Below are positions 36,304 to 46,132 of a DNA stretch of 64,000 nt, piece after piece. The stretch spans positions 1,377-65,376 of the forward strand of contig JAIXYV010000063.1 in the NCBI GenBank assembly GCA_027490055.1, read 5' to 3'. The first letter of the stretch is position 1. The number at the start of each line of letters is the position of its first letter. The notes beneath the pieces are model-generated. The model was not told the DNA's origin. It did not search any database and worked only from the letters and a program-made list of their open reading frames with translations. Source of the DNA: Bacteroidota bacterium (GTDB taxonomy: Bacteria; Bacteroidota; Bacteroidia; NS11-12g; UBA955). The position numbers and the translations under genes were made by a program.

Positions 36304-39300
36304 TTATTGAATCACAACTCTTCTGGTCACCACAGTGCCTTGAGAATTGATTCTTACATTGTACACACCGGCTGCAACATCTGTTAGATTGATATCGCAA
36401 GAGCCAGAATTGTTGAATGTAGCTTTGTAGACTTCTCTACCTTGAGCATCGATAACACTAACTTCAGCATCGGCTATTTGTTTGCCCAGGAAGTCGATTT
36501 TAAAGTTGCCATTACTTGGGTTAGGGAAAATATTAAAGCCTTCGTTAGAGTTAACATTATTAACACTAACAGTACTGTTAATACATCTTGGCCAGTAAGT
36601 GAAAATTACTTGTCTGGTTAATGGTTGTGAAATATTACCAGAAGGATCAGTTACTTTATAAGTAATATAATAAATACCTTCTTCGTTTGGATTAACGTTT
36701 TGAGCAACTATTTCGATGTTTGCTTGTAACTGGTCTGGACCGTAGTAGTTATCTGTTGTAGTTAAGTCCCAATAAGGCCAGATATTTTCACCAACACAAC
36801 CATAGATAGTTCCACCCCAGAGTGTTGGAGCTTGTCTATCAACCACCACTACAGTTCTTGTTTTGAATGCAACGTTATTAGAACCATCAACTGCTTTGTA
36901 TACTTCAGTATAAGTGCCTAAGATGTTCTGATTTACATTCGATGAAATCTTGGTAACGCTAACATTACCCGGACCATAATAGTTGTCTGATACAGTCACT
37001 TTAACTGGCACATAAGTAGTCGCCACATCATGGTAAACTAATTCAGCCGAGTTTAAGTCGATAACTGGAGCAATATAATCGTCAACTCTGTAGGTAACTA
37101 CTTTTGGTGCAGATATATTACCAGACGAATCTTTTGCAACATAAGTTGCGATATAATTACCTTTAACAGTCGTGTTAACTATTTCAGGGAACCAGGTTCT
37201 GTTAAGGGTAGGATTATTATCATAAGCATCATTTGCAGACACTTGATTAATCCATACACTTCCTATTTGAATTAGTGTATCATTAACGTTTTCTATGCTT
37301 GGAGCAATTTTGTCTTCCACACAAACGGTTCTTTGTGCAGTAGCAATATTTCCAGCGAAGTCTTTAACACTATAGGTTAGTTTATAGACACCAGTTCTTT
37401 GAGTATTTACTTCACCATCAACTCTGATAGCAGAATTTAGAGAAATAAATGGATTAGTGTTATAAGCCACTGCTCCCGGATCTACATACGCTTGATTGTC
37501 TCTTCTGGCTTCGATACAACCAGAGCTACCTGGATTAAGTGTAATAACAGGTGGGGTTAAATCATTCACAACGACAAAGTATCTGTAAATTGGATCTGCC
37601 TCGTTACCAGAATTATCTGTTACAGAATACTTAGTGCTGTATAATCCAGGTACAGCTACATCTAAGTCAGAATCAGGAATAATTTTGTTACTGATGTCAC
37701 CTTCTGAAGGGTCTATAGCAGTTGCACCAGGGTCGGTGTAAGATGAATTTCTTTCCAGTCTTACAGTATCGTCACCAATTAATGTTAGAATTGGTTTAAG
37801 TCTATCATTATAAAGTTTAATTCTGTAATCTTCGTATTCACCAGCAGTTACTGGTCCGCATGGAGCTGTAGCTTCATTATCAAAATTAGTTGCTACACGT
37901 AAAATTGTATTGCCCTCAAATGCATCGTTAATGTTTGGAACTGTGAATGTAGTACTTATTGTTTTGTTGTAAGAAGACGCTTCAATCATAATCATCTCAC
38001 CAGCATCATTAAAGTCACCATCAATATTCCAGTCAATCCATGCTTTTCTGTTTGCCGGATCACTTGTGTTGTTTCTGGTAACCTCTAATGTATAGGTTTT
38101 GCCAAACGTTAAATCTGCGCCAATTGTAGGACTGTAATCAGTGTAACCTACAATACCAGAACTACTACCATTGGTAATTAGTGATGTATTATTGTCTAAA
38201 AGTCTAACATTGTTTATTCCGATATCAGTAGCAAGAATTAATGAAGTAGGGTTACAGTAATCCAATGCACAGATAAAGTCGTTTTTAACAACGGTTTTAG
38301 TCGTATTGGTTGGGTCTAAACTATTGTATGCTTTTAATGCTATAGTATAACAACCTGGAGCTGTAAATCTGATTTTTGGTTTAGGAACAGAATCTCCCGG
38401 AGTGGCGTTATAACGGATAAAACCAGTACCAAAAGCAGAAGGAGAGGCAGGTGGGTTTAATAGAACATAGCTTGTAGGGAAGATGGTCCATTCGTATCTG
38501 TTAGCGGCATCAGAAATCGGGTTTAGCTGAACTTCTGTGATGTTTACCTCCGGACGTCTGTTGCTTGCCAAAACATCCAATTTAACCTGTGTATTAGGCG
38601 TAACCACATCGATTGTCTGACAAGATTTTTTATTGCCAACACAAGATTTGATTTCTAAACAAACATCATACTGACCATCAGTATAGAAAGTGTAATTTAA
38701 ATCTTTCTTATAGCCAACTTCGTTGCCATCTACCGACCAAACCCAGGTTGGAACACCAATAATATTTGAAGTGGCATTGGTGAATAATACCGGAGTAGAA
38801 TTGTAAGATGGAATTGTATTGGTAGTAAAGCTCGGAGTAGGAGCCGATCCAGTTCCTAAAATAGAGGTATAAGATCCAGCAAAACCAGAGTCTACACCCG
38901 AATTATCAGATTCAAATAAAATGTACATGCTACCGCTTGTAGCTACTAAATTTTGAGGGGCTCTTGAACCAGCAGAGAAAGATCCTAAAAGGGTAGTATT
39001 TGGTCCACCCGGACCTTTACCATCCCAGATTCTTAATCTGTCGCCGATGCCGCTGAATTTTAAACGACTCAAGGTCAATTCAATTCTTGTAGCATTACAA
39101 GGCGTGATTTGTAAAAATGAACGTGTACCTAAACCTTGATTATTGCTATAGTTACCATTCCTTCCGCCATTGTCAAATATTGTTCCTGAGGGACTTTCAA
39201 CAATGTTATCGTTGTTCGGACCGTATGTGCCGAAGCCTAAAACATATTCGGTAGGTGAGATGACTTTGATGTAACATTTTTTAACTACTGGACTAGAGTT

Positions 39301-40401
39301 TCCTACATCGTTAGTGCTAATTAACTCTATAGTATAACAACCAGGGCGGTTGAATGCGAATTCAGGTTTGCCAGTTGTTTCGGTTGCGCCTGTTGCAAAC
39401 GGATCAGGGGTAACATCACCAGAATTGATGTCTTTAACATCATTTACATCTGTTGAATCGTATACTTTCCATAACCATTTATACGGACCATTGGTAGATA
39501 AATCGTAGATTATAGCTGTTTGATATTGTTCAACCAAATTTTTGTTGGTGACGAAGTTGGCAACAGGAACTGCAGTAGGGACATTTACGGTTAGACATTT
39601 TACGATACTATCTCTTCCTAAACAGTTACTGCTTCTTAGTTTAACGCATTTAGTTCCACCGGTATTCCATGTGTAATTGAAGTTTACAGAATTTGGAGCT
39701 TCAATGGTGCCATCATTGTTGGCATCCCAGGTATGGGTGATATAACCAGTTTGATTGCTGTTGACAAACGTCGCTACAGATTTAATCCAAACAGAACTTG
39801 GTGCAATAAAATTAGCCGCAAGAGAAGTAGGCAGATTGACGTTTACTGTATAGTCTTCAGTTTCTCCCCATGTGTAAGTACCACATGCATTGCCTGGATT
39901 AGCAATTGCACCTTCAATTAATACGACTCTTAATCTTGTATTACCTGTTTTTACATTGCAAGGAACAGTAAAAGTATAAGTGAATGTATGCGGATTGCCT
40001 GATGAGGTTAAAGCTACTGGTCCGACAGCCTCACCTGATTCAAAATTAAAATTTTGATTGTAATCGATCCAGGCCAAAGCTCTGTGAGTAAATACACCGC
40101 CACAAGTAGTGGATACGATAGAGATTGTATAAGTACTTCCAGCAGTTAAATCAGCAGGTTGTAAACCAGTGAAATTTGTATATAACTGACAGTTTGTACC
40201 TGGCGAAGTGTTGGATATGTTGTCTAATTTTACAGTATTACCTTGTAAAGTAACTCTTGCTATATCTTCGTCTGCGGGATTTGTAGCAGCAGAAGTACAA
40301 TATTGAGCTTTTAAGGTAGTATTGAATATGCCACCCATAAATATCATCAAAAAGATAATTCTAAAGGTGAAGTAATTGGATATTTTATTTAAATTTTTCA
40401 T
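36304..40401 (-). CDS. T9SS-secreted giant protein: two GEVED domains, PKD-like and CUB-like regions, several Ig-like (DUF5011/HYR-type) repeats, type-A CTD
   Basis: 1365 aa. GEVED signatures are AWIDYNQNFNF...GETEDYTV and AWIDWNIDGDFND...GEYEDYRI. Ig-like repeats read SYTDPGATA.D...G. The CTD is FNIFPNPSNGNFKIDF...GVYNVRI...RRVVIQ. Confidence 0.75.
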   Translation of the reverse strand: MKNLNKISNYFTFRIIFLMIFMGGIFNTTLKAQYCTSAATNPADEDIARVTLQGNTVKLDNISNTSPGTNCQLYTNFTGLQPADLTAGSTYTISIVSTTCGGVFTHRALAWIDYNQNFNFESGEAVGPVALTSSGNPHTFTYTFTVPCNVKTGNTRLRVVLIEGAIANPGNACGTYTWGETEDYTVNVNLPTSLAANFIAPSSVWIKSVATFVNSNQTGYITHTWDANNDGTIEAPNSVNFNYTWNTGGTKCVKLRSSNCLGRDSIVKCLTVNVPTAVPVANFVTNKNLVEQYQTAIIYDLSTNGPYKWLWKVYDSTDVNDVKDINSGDVTPDPFATGATETTGKPEFAFNRPGCYTIELISTNDVGNSSPVVKKCYIKVISPTEYVLGFGTYGPNNDNIVESPSGTIFDNGGRNGNYSNNQGLGTRSFLQITPCNATRIELTLSRLKFSGIGDRLRIWDGKGPGGPNTTLLGSFSAGSRAPQNLVATSGSMYILFESDNSGVDSGFAGSYTSILGTGSAPTPSFTTNTIPSYNSTPVLFTNATSNIIGVPTWVWSVDGNEVGYKKDLNYTFYTDGQYDVCLEIKSCVGNKKSCQTIDVVTPNTQVKLDVLASNRRPEVNITEVQLNPISDAANRYEWTIFPTSYVLLNPPASPSAFGTGFIRYNATPGDSVPKPKIRFTAPGCYTIALKAYNSLDPTNTTKTVVKNDFICALDYCNPTSLILATDIGINNVRLLDNNTSLITNGSSSGIVGYTDYSPTIGADLTFGKTYTLEVTRNNTSDPANRKAWIDWNIDGDFNDAGEMIMIEASSYNKTISTTFTVPNINDAFEGNTILRVATNFDNEATAPCGPVTAGEYEDYRIKLYNDRLKPILTLIGDDTVRLERNSSYTDPGATAIDPSEGDISNKIIPDSDLDVAVPGLYSTKYSVTDNSGNEADPIYRYFVVVNDLTPPVITLNPGSSGCIEARRDNQAYVDPGAVAYNTNPFISLNSAIRVDGEVNTQRTGVYKLTYSVKDFAGNIATAQRTVCVEDKIAPSIENVNDTLIQIGSVWINQVSANDAYDNNPTLNRTWFPEIVNTTVKGNYIATYVAKDSSGNISAPKVVTYRVDDYIAPVIDLNSAELVYHDVATTYVPVKVTVSDNYYGPGNVSVTKISSNVNQNILGTYTEVYKAVDGSNNVAFKTRTVVVVDRQAPTLWGGTIYGCVGENIWPYWDLTTTDNYYGPDQLQANIEIVAQNVNPNEEGIYYITYKVTDPSGNISQPLTRQVIFTYWPRCINSTVSVNNVNSNEGFNIFPNPSNGNFKIDFLGKQIADAEVSVIDAQGREVYKATFNNSGSCDINLTDVAAGVYNVRINSQGTVVTRRVVIQ

Positions 40402-40414
40402 ATGGAAAGCTTGT

Positions 40415-43400
40415 TTAGTTGTTAATGGTTATCATTTGTGTTAATACGCCTTGAGCAGTGATTATTCTGGCGGTATAAATACCTGTTGCTACCTGCGTCA
40501 GATCGAAATTGTCGCTTTGTGTAACTGTCTTTTCTGTAATAAGCTCGCCAATTGAATTATAGATTTCTACTTTAAATGTTTCATTGCTATTGTCTGAGCT
40601 GATAGTAAAGATACCAGTATTCGGATTAGGATAAACATTGAATGAAGTAGCTATAAGATTGTCGTCAACAGAGGTATTTACAGTGATACATTTTGTGGCA
40701 TAGCATTCGCAATCTGAAGCGTTCTTAGCAATCATGGTAACACAATATTTGATATTGCCTTTATATGTATAGTTAGTGCCGCTGCCGGTACTTGTTTTTC
40801 TGTTACCATCACCAAGTATCCAGGTGTAATCGATACCAGTCATAGTACCACCAGTTGGTGTAAATACGTAGTTTTTAGGATTTACCGACCAGTTTCTTTG
40901 AATATCAAAGTTACAGGTGCTTGGCAGTGGGTTGATAGTCACACTTTTTATAATTGAATCCTGACAGCCACCTTCAATACTTGCTTTTAACTGAACAAAG
41001 TAGGTTTCAGAAATTGAGGTCGATTTGTAATTGTGAATTGGTGAAGCCAATTTACTTGTATTCTTATCACCGAAATTCCAGTCGTATTCAATTTTACCAT
41101 TAGAATAAGTGCTTAAATTAGTGAAGCTAACTGCTTGGTCAGAACATTGATCCGCTGATTCAAAGTCGGCTTTTGGTTGAACACCTACATGGATGTTTTT
41201 AACCATTTCGGCACTACATCCGTTTGCTAAAGTTGCTTTTAAAGTGACATTTCTATTGCCTGTATTTGGCCATTTTACAGATGGGTTAACTGAAGTTGAG
41301 GTTAAGCCATTGCCAAAATTCCATTCATATTTCGAGATGGTTTCGCCTTGAGTATTCGTTAAGTTATTGAATGGCGTAGAAGATCTGTCGCAAGCGAATG
41401 GATAATTGAAATCAACAATTGGAATTTGTTTAACAACAATATTTTTAGTGATTGAATCCATACACCCGAATTCTGAAATTGAAATTAATTTTACGCGTTT
41501 AGTTCCGGCACTGGTGAATTTATAATCGGTATTCAAATCCGTAGCGATGTTGTTTTGGTCGTCAAAATCCCACTTGTTGCCAAACTGACCAAGTGCGATG
41601 CTTGAAGTATTTGTAAATATGAATTTATCGTTTAAGCATTCGCCTTGTGATTTGTCAAAATTGGCAACTGGTTTTGCAAATTGGTAAACAACTTTTGATT
41701 TCGAAGCCACACAACCTCCAGCCTCAGCAGTAAGTGTTACCAGATATGGACCAGGTACAGAGTAGGTTTTGGTAGTGTTAACTGTAGTTCTTGTTGGTGA
41801 GTTATCGCCGTAATTCCATACGTAACTTAATGTACCGTTTCCAATAATAGTTAAGTTAGTTAATTCGATAGCAGAACCTTGACAGGCATTTTTAACTCTG
41901 AAATCTACCAGTGGAACTTCTCCGATAGTTACTTCTATGCTGGTGTCTTTCGAGACGTTCCAAACAAAAGAAGTAGCAGTTAATTTTACAAAGTATGTAC
42001 CTGGATTTTTGAATTCGTGAACAGGTGAGTTAAATGTAGAGGAGTCGCCATCACCAAAATCCCAACGGTATGAGCAAACACCAGAACTAATTGTTGAGAT
42101 GTTTTCAAATAAAGTTTGATCGCCTAAACATATAGAGCTTGGGAATCTGAAATTAGGTTTTGGAGTAGGTGCTACATATATAGTTCTTGTAAGTGTAGAG
42201 TCACAGAAATGTGGACCTAAATCTGCCACTTTTACACTAAATGTGATGAAGCTATCAAGCCATGCTGACTTAGGTGTGAAACTCAGGGTGCCAGGATTGC
42301 CTCCGGCTGGGTTATTGACCGTATATTCGGAACTTGGCACAGTTACATTAAATCTTGTTTTAGCGGAAACATTAGAAACAAACCATGTAGTACCATGTCC
42401 GGCATTTGTAAATCCGGTTGGAGGAATTAACTCATAGGTTAAAGTTTTTCCAACTTCAATAACATCTGGAGTAGAGATATTGCCGAATTTAAATTGACCT
42501 TGGAAAGGTGTACCTGCAACCATTGAAGCACCTATTGGTGTAGGTTTTACAGTTACTGTTAGCGGAGTTCTTGAGGTAGAAACGCATTGGTTTTTGTAGA
42601 TATACATTAACTCTGGATTGTAGGTTAATGTTTGAGTAGAACCAAATTTACCAATGATAATATGACCACCAGTTTGAATGGCTATGTCTGCATTGCCGGC
42701 TCCAGGACCATTAAGTGTACTGTATAATGAGTTACCAGCTCCGAAGTCTAAATCGGTTGTTAAGTAAAAGGCATGTGTACCAGCTGGTAAATTTAAGTTC
42801 TTAGCCGACACTCTGCCAAAATTGTTACCGCCTTGTGTTACAAAAGTAATGACACCTTCATTTAATTTAATCCATCCTGTTGGGTTGGTAATAAAAGAAG
42901 TATGTGCACCAGGTCTGTAATATAATTGATAACCACAATTGGTTGGTGTTGCATACCACAATCTAAACTGAATACTATCTAACAAAATTTGTTTATTGGT
43001 AACAATGGTTTGCATGCCTCCATAAGGCTCCGTTTGTCTAACGTTAATACCAGTAGTTTGAGCTGAAGTTAATCTGAAATTTCTACTAAGCTTGGCTGCT
43101 TCTGCAAAAAATGTTCTTGTAGATGGCGTAAAAGGACCATTAATAGATTTACCGAATCCTATCAAATTGCCTCCTGTAGAATTATCATACCAAAACACAG
43201 AATCGGCTGGGTTAGTAGTTGTAGCAACTAATCTTGGAACGGCTCTGCCGCATTGAACAAAATCTGTTACAGATGGCGGTGATGCAGCACCCATGAAGTC
43301 GAGAGTTGTAGTTAATAAGTCGTTACTAGATACTGAGTCGACAGTGCCATTTGGTCTTTCTGTCCATGCTCTAATCGTGTAGGTAGTATTAGGTGCAAAA

Positions 43401-44107
43401 GTATAACTTGAAGATAGTGTAAATGAAGCAGACTGACCAGTAGTAAGTGAACTGGTAAGATATTGAACACCTTGATTCACATTGTTAATCGACCAGTTTA
43501 GTCTAAAACTATCTAATCTTCTTCTTCCAAGGTTTGATACAACAGCATCAATTCTTTGAGTATACGTACAAGTGTTTAAAGTTGAAAAACCAGTCACGCT
43601 GGCGTCATTGTTAACACTTGGACCAAACACTTCGATCTCTCTGAAATTTGGGTTAGATAATTGCGTTCCACTCATAGTGAATGAGGTAATTCTTAACCTC
43701 TGAGTATTGGTAGTAGGAAAATTAACCACACTACTACATGCCGGCGTTAAGTTAGAGAATGTTGAAACGGTTACCCAGGTTGTACCATTCCAGGTTTGGA
43801 TAGTACCACCAGCTAAAAATCTGGTATTTGTTTGAGCGTGGTGAATAATAAATCTGTTTACAGATCTTACACTGGTCCAGTCAAACTGAATCCAGTTGAC
43901 CCCTGGCGTAATATCAGGAGGAGTAGCAGTTGTGATCCACATAATTTGCGTACCACAAGTACCCAATTGTAAATCGTTTAAGGTGCCGCATGCTCCTGTG
44001 TTACAGGTACTGGCTGTTACAGTTGCCAGAGGGGCAATGTTTTGTTGGGCATAGATCTTCTGACCTATACCAATTAGAAACAAAATTAAAATAGTAAATT
44101 TATTCAT
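40415..44107 (-). CDS. T9SS-secreted giant protein: N-terminal discoidin-like region, ~6 PKD repeats, type-A CTD
   Basis: 1230 aa. PKD signatures recur (WDFGDGDSS...H.F..PGTYFVKLTA, WNYGDNS, WNFGNG, WNFGDKN, WILGDGN). The CTD is FNVYPNPNTGIFTISS...GIYTARI...ITINN. Confidence 0.75.
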   Translation of the reverse strand: MNKFTILILFLIGIGQKIYAQQNIAPLATVTASTCNTGACGTLNDLQLGTCGTQIMWITTATPPDITPGVNWIQFDWTSVRSVNRFIIHHAQTNTRFLAGGTIQTWNGTTWVTVSTFSNLTPACSSVVNFPTTNTQRLRITSFTMSGTQLSNPNFREIEVFGPSVNNDASVTGFSTLNTCTYTQRIDAVVSNLGRRRLDSFRLNWSINNVNQGVQYLTSSLTTGQSASFTLSSSYTFAPNTTYTIRAWTERPNGTVDSVSSNDLLTTTLDFMGAASPPSVTDFVQCGRAVPRLVATTTNPADSVFWYDNSTGGNLIGFGKSINGPFTPSTRTFFAEAAKLSRNFRLTSAQTTGINVRQTEPYGGMQTIVTNKQILLDSIQFRLWYATPTNCGYQLYYRPGAHTSFITNPTGWIKLNEGVITFVTQGGNNFGRVSAKNLNLPAGTHAFYLTTDLDFGAGNSLYSTLNGPGAGNADIAIQTGGHIIIGKFGSTQTLTYNPELMYIYKNQCVSTSRTPLTVTVKPTPIGASMVAGTPFQGQFKFGNISTPDVIEVGKTLTYELIPPTGFTNAGHGTTWFVSNVSAKTRFNVTVPSSEYTVNNPAGGNPGTLSFTPKSAWLDSFITFSVKVADLGPHFCDSTLTRTIYVAPTPKPNFRFPSSICLGDQTLFENISTISSGVCSYRWDFGDGDSSTFNSPVHEFKNPGTYFVKLTATSFVWNVSKDTSIEVTIGEVPLVDFRVKNACQGSAIELTNLTIIGNGTLSYVWNYGDNSPTRTTVNTTKTYSVPGPYLVTLTAEAGGCVASKSKVVYQFAKPVANFDKSQGECLNDKFIFTNTSSIALGQFGNKWDFDDQNNIATDLNTDYKFTSAGTKRVKLISISEFGCMDSITKNIVVKQIPIVDFNYPFACDRSSTPFNNLTNTQGETISKYEWNFGNGLTSTSVNPSVKWPNTGNRNVTLKATLANGCSAEMVKNIHVGVQPKADFESADQCSDQAVSFTNLSTYSNGKIEYDWNFGDKNTSKLASPIHNYKSTSISETYFVQLKASIEGGCQDSIIKSVTINPLPSTCNFDIQRNWSVNPKNYVFTPTGGTMTGIDYTWILGDGNRKTSTGSGTNYTYKGNIKYCVTMIAKNASDCECYATKCITVNTSVDDNLIATSFNVYPNPNTGIFTISSDNSNETFKVEIYNSIGELITEKTVTQSDNFDLTQVATGIYTARIITAQGVLTQMITINN

Positions 44108-44294
44108 ATGGACAATATTAAGTTCGTCATAAAATTACAATGCAAATGCATAAATTGTTTGCTTTGTAACAATATTATGACTGACAAATTGAAAATTTGA
44201 CAGTTTTCTTACAATAAATATATTGATTAAATTAAAATGAGCATTCTTAAAATAATTTTTTAAGAATACAGAGATGGGAAACTTTAAATTTCTG

Positions 44295-45563
44295 TTAAGC
44301 AGTAATTGTCTGCTCTCTGTCCGGACCAACAGAGATAATCTGAATTGGCATACCTAATTCGGTTTCCAGAAATGCCAGATATGCATTAAAATTCGCTGGC
44401 AAATCGCTTTTGCTGCGGCAGATAGTAAGATCTTCTGTCCAGCCTTTAAAACTCTTGTAAACGGGCTCTACAGTAGAGTTGCATAAGTCGTAAGGCACAT
44501 GAGTGGTTTCAACACCATCTACCTTATAAGCAGTGCATACTTTAATCTCGTCGAACTCGCTGAGCACATCGCTCTTCATCATGATCAGATAGTTAACACC
44601 TGATAGCATAATGGCATATTTTAACGCCACTAAATCTAACCAGCCACAACGGCGTGGTCTGCCAGTGGTGGCGCCGAATTCGTGACCTTTTTTACGAAGC
44701 TCTTCACCGGTTGCATCTAATAATTCTGTAGGGAAGGGACCGCTACCAACGCGGGTGCAATAGGCTTTGAAAATACCATATACAGTACCGATGTGTTGAG
44801 GGGCAATACCTAAGCCATTACAAACACCACCGCTGATGGTATTGCTTGATGTAACAAATGGATAAGAACCGAAATCGATGTCCAGCATACTGCCTTGAGC
44901 ACCTTCGGCTAAAATTTTATGAGTTGGAATTAAAGAATTAACCAGGTATTCGGAGTCGCTGTTATTGAAAGCTTTTAAGAATTCTATGGCCTCGAAAAAC
45001 TCGGCTTCCAGCGTTGGTAAATCGAAATCAGTATAGCCTAAGAAACCAATTAATTTGATATGGTCTTCTTTGATGGCCTTGTATTTTGAAGCGAAGTCGG
45101 TGCTAAAAATATCGCCAATTCTCAACCCATTTCTGCCAATTTTATCGCGGTAGGTTGGACCGATTCCACGGAGTGTAGAACCAATTTTAGCTTCGCCTTT
45201 AGCGTGTTCGCTGGCGGCATCCAGTAAACGGTGAGTCGGTAAAATAAGGTGAGCTTTTTTAGAGAATACCAGGTTTTTTCTGACATTGGCACCAGCAGCT
45301 TCAACGCGCTCGATTTCAGCTTTGATTCTTACTGGATCTACTACCACGCCATTGCCGATGATATTTAGACAGGTATCGTGAAAAATACCTGAAGGGATGG
45401 TGTTCAGTACGTGGGTCTGACCATTAAATTTTAGCGAGTGACCAGCGTTTGGTCCCCCTTGAAAACGGGCAATAACCTGATAGTTTGGTGTAAGAAAATC
45501 GGCGATTTTACCTTTTCCTTCATCCCCCCACTGTAAACCTAATACAACATCTACTTTATTCAT
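44295..45563 (-). CDS. purA: adenylosuccinate synthase
   Basis: 422 aa. N-terminal [11 protein letters not shown], then GPNAGH, then [12 protein letters not shown]. Confidence 0.95.
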   Translation of the reverse strand: MNKVDVVLGLQWGDEGKGKIADFLTPNYQVIARFQGGPNAGHSLKFNGQTHVLNTIPSGIFHDTCLNIIGNGVVVDPVRIKAEIERVEAAGANVRKNLVFSKKAHLILPTHRLLDAASEHAKGEAKIGSTLRGIGPTYRDKIGRNGLRIGDIFSTDFASKYKAIKEDHIKLIGFLGYTDFDLPTLEAEFFEAIEFLKAFNNSDSEYLVNSLIPTHKILAEGAQGSMLDIDFGSYPFVTSSNTISGGVCNGLGIAPQHIGTVYGIFKAYCTRVGSGPFPTELLDATGEELRKKGHEFGATTGRPRRCGWLDLVALKYAIMLSGVNYLIMMKSDVLSEFDEIKVCTAYKVDGVETTHVPYDLCNSTVEPVYKSFKGWTEDLTICRSKSDLPANFNAYLAFLETELGMPIQIISVGPDREQTITA

Positions 45564-46062
45564 CTTTATTTATAACTTCTAATTGGCAACTTTTGCAATT
45601 ACCGTTCTTGTCTTTTATTGGATTGGCATATAGGTGCAGAGAGTGGTGACTTACTTCGAAGCCCAGCATCTCGCCCATAGTGCTTTTGATTTGTTGAATA
45701 CGCGGATCGCAGAACTCGAGTACTTTGTTGCAGTGCAGGCAGATCAGGTGGTCATGCTGACTGTAACCGTAGCTCTGTTCGTACATCGCCATGTTTTTCC
45801 CGAACTGATGACGTTTTACTAATCCACTGTCGAGCAATAAATCGAGGGTGTTATATACAGTGGCGCGACTGACACGGTATTTACGATTTTTCATGTGAAT
45901 GAAAAGCGTGTCTACATCAAAATGCTCTTTGTGGGTGTAAATTTCGTCGAGTATAGCGTATCTCTCCGGAGTTTTACGCTGTTTATTTTTCTCCAGATAT
46001 GCAGTGAAGATTTTTCTAACCTCCAGTTTTACCTTCTTGACTTTATCATTCGAGGCTTGCAT
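45556..46062 (-). CDS. fur: Fur-family transcriptional regulator
   Basis: DNA-binding region [14 protein letters not shown] and metal sites HDHLICLHC...C...CxxC. I trimmed the start to the ATG at 46062 (MQASNDK). The stop overlaps the purA start by 8 nt. Confidence 0.85.
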   Translation of the reverse strand: MQASNDKVKKVKLEVRKIFTAYLEKNKQRKTPERYAILDEIYTHKEHFDVDTLFIHMKNRKYRVSRATVYNTLDLLLDSGLVKRHQFGKNMAMYEQSYGYSQHDHLICLHCNKVLEFCDPRIQQIKSTMGEMLGFEVSHHSLHLYANPIKDKNGNCKSCQLEVINKDE

Positions 46063-46068
46063 AAGGTG

Positions 46069-46076
46069 CAAATATA
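46069..46076 (-). promoter_or_regulatory. -7 box TATATTTG 6 nt upstream of the fur ATG
   Basis: The reverse complement of caaatata matches TAnnTTTG, followed by cacctt and then the ATG at 46062. The ORF-track TTG start lies inside the box. Confidence 0.4.
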
Positions 46077-46132
46077 CATTCTAAATAGGTAAAGGGAAGG
46101 GCTTTTATCACAATCTTATTAACGATTTTAAT

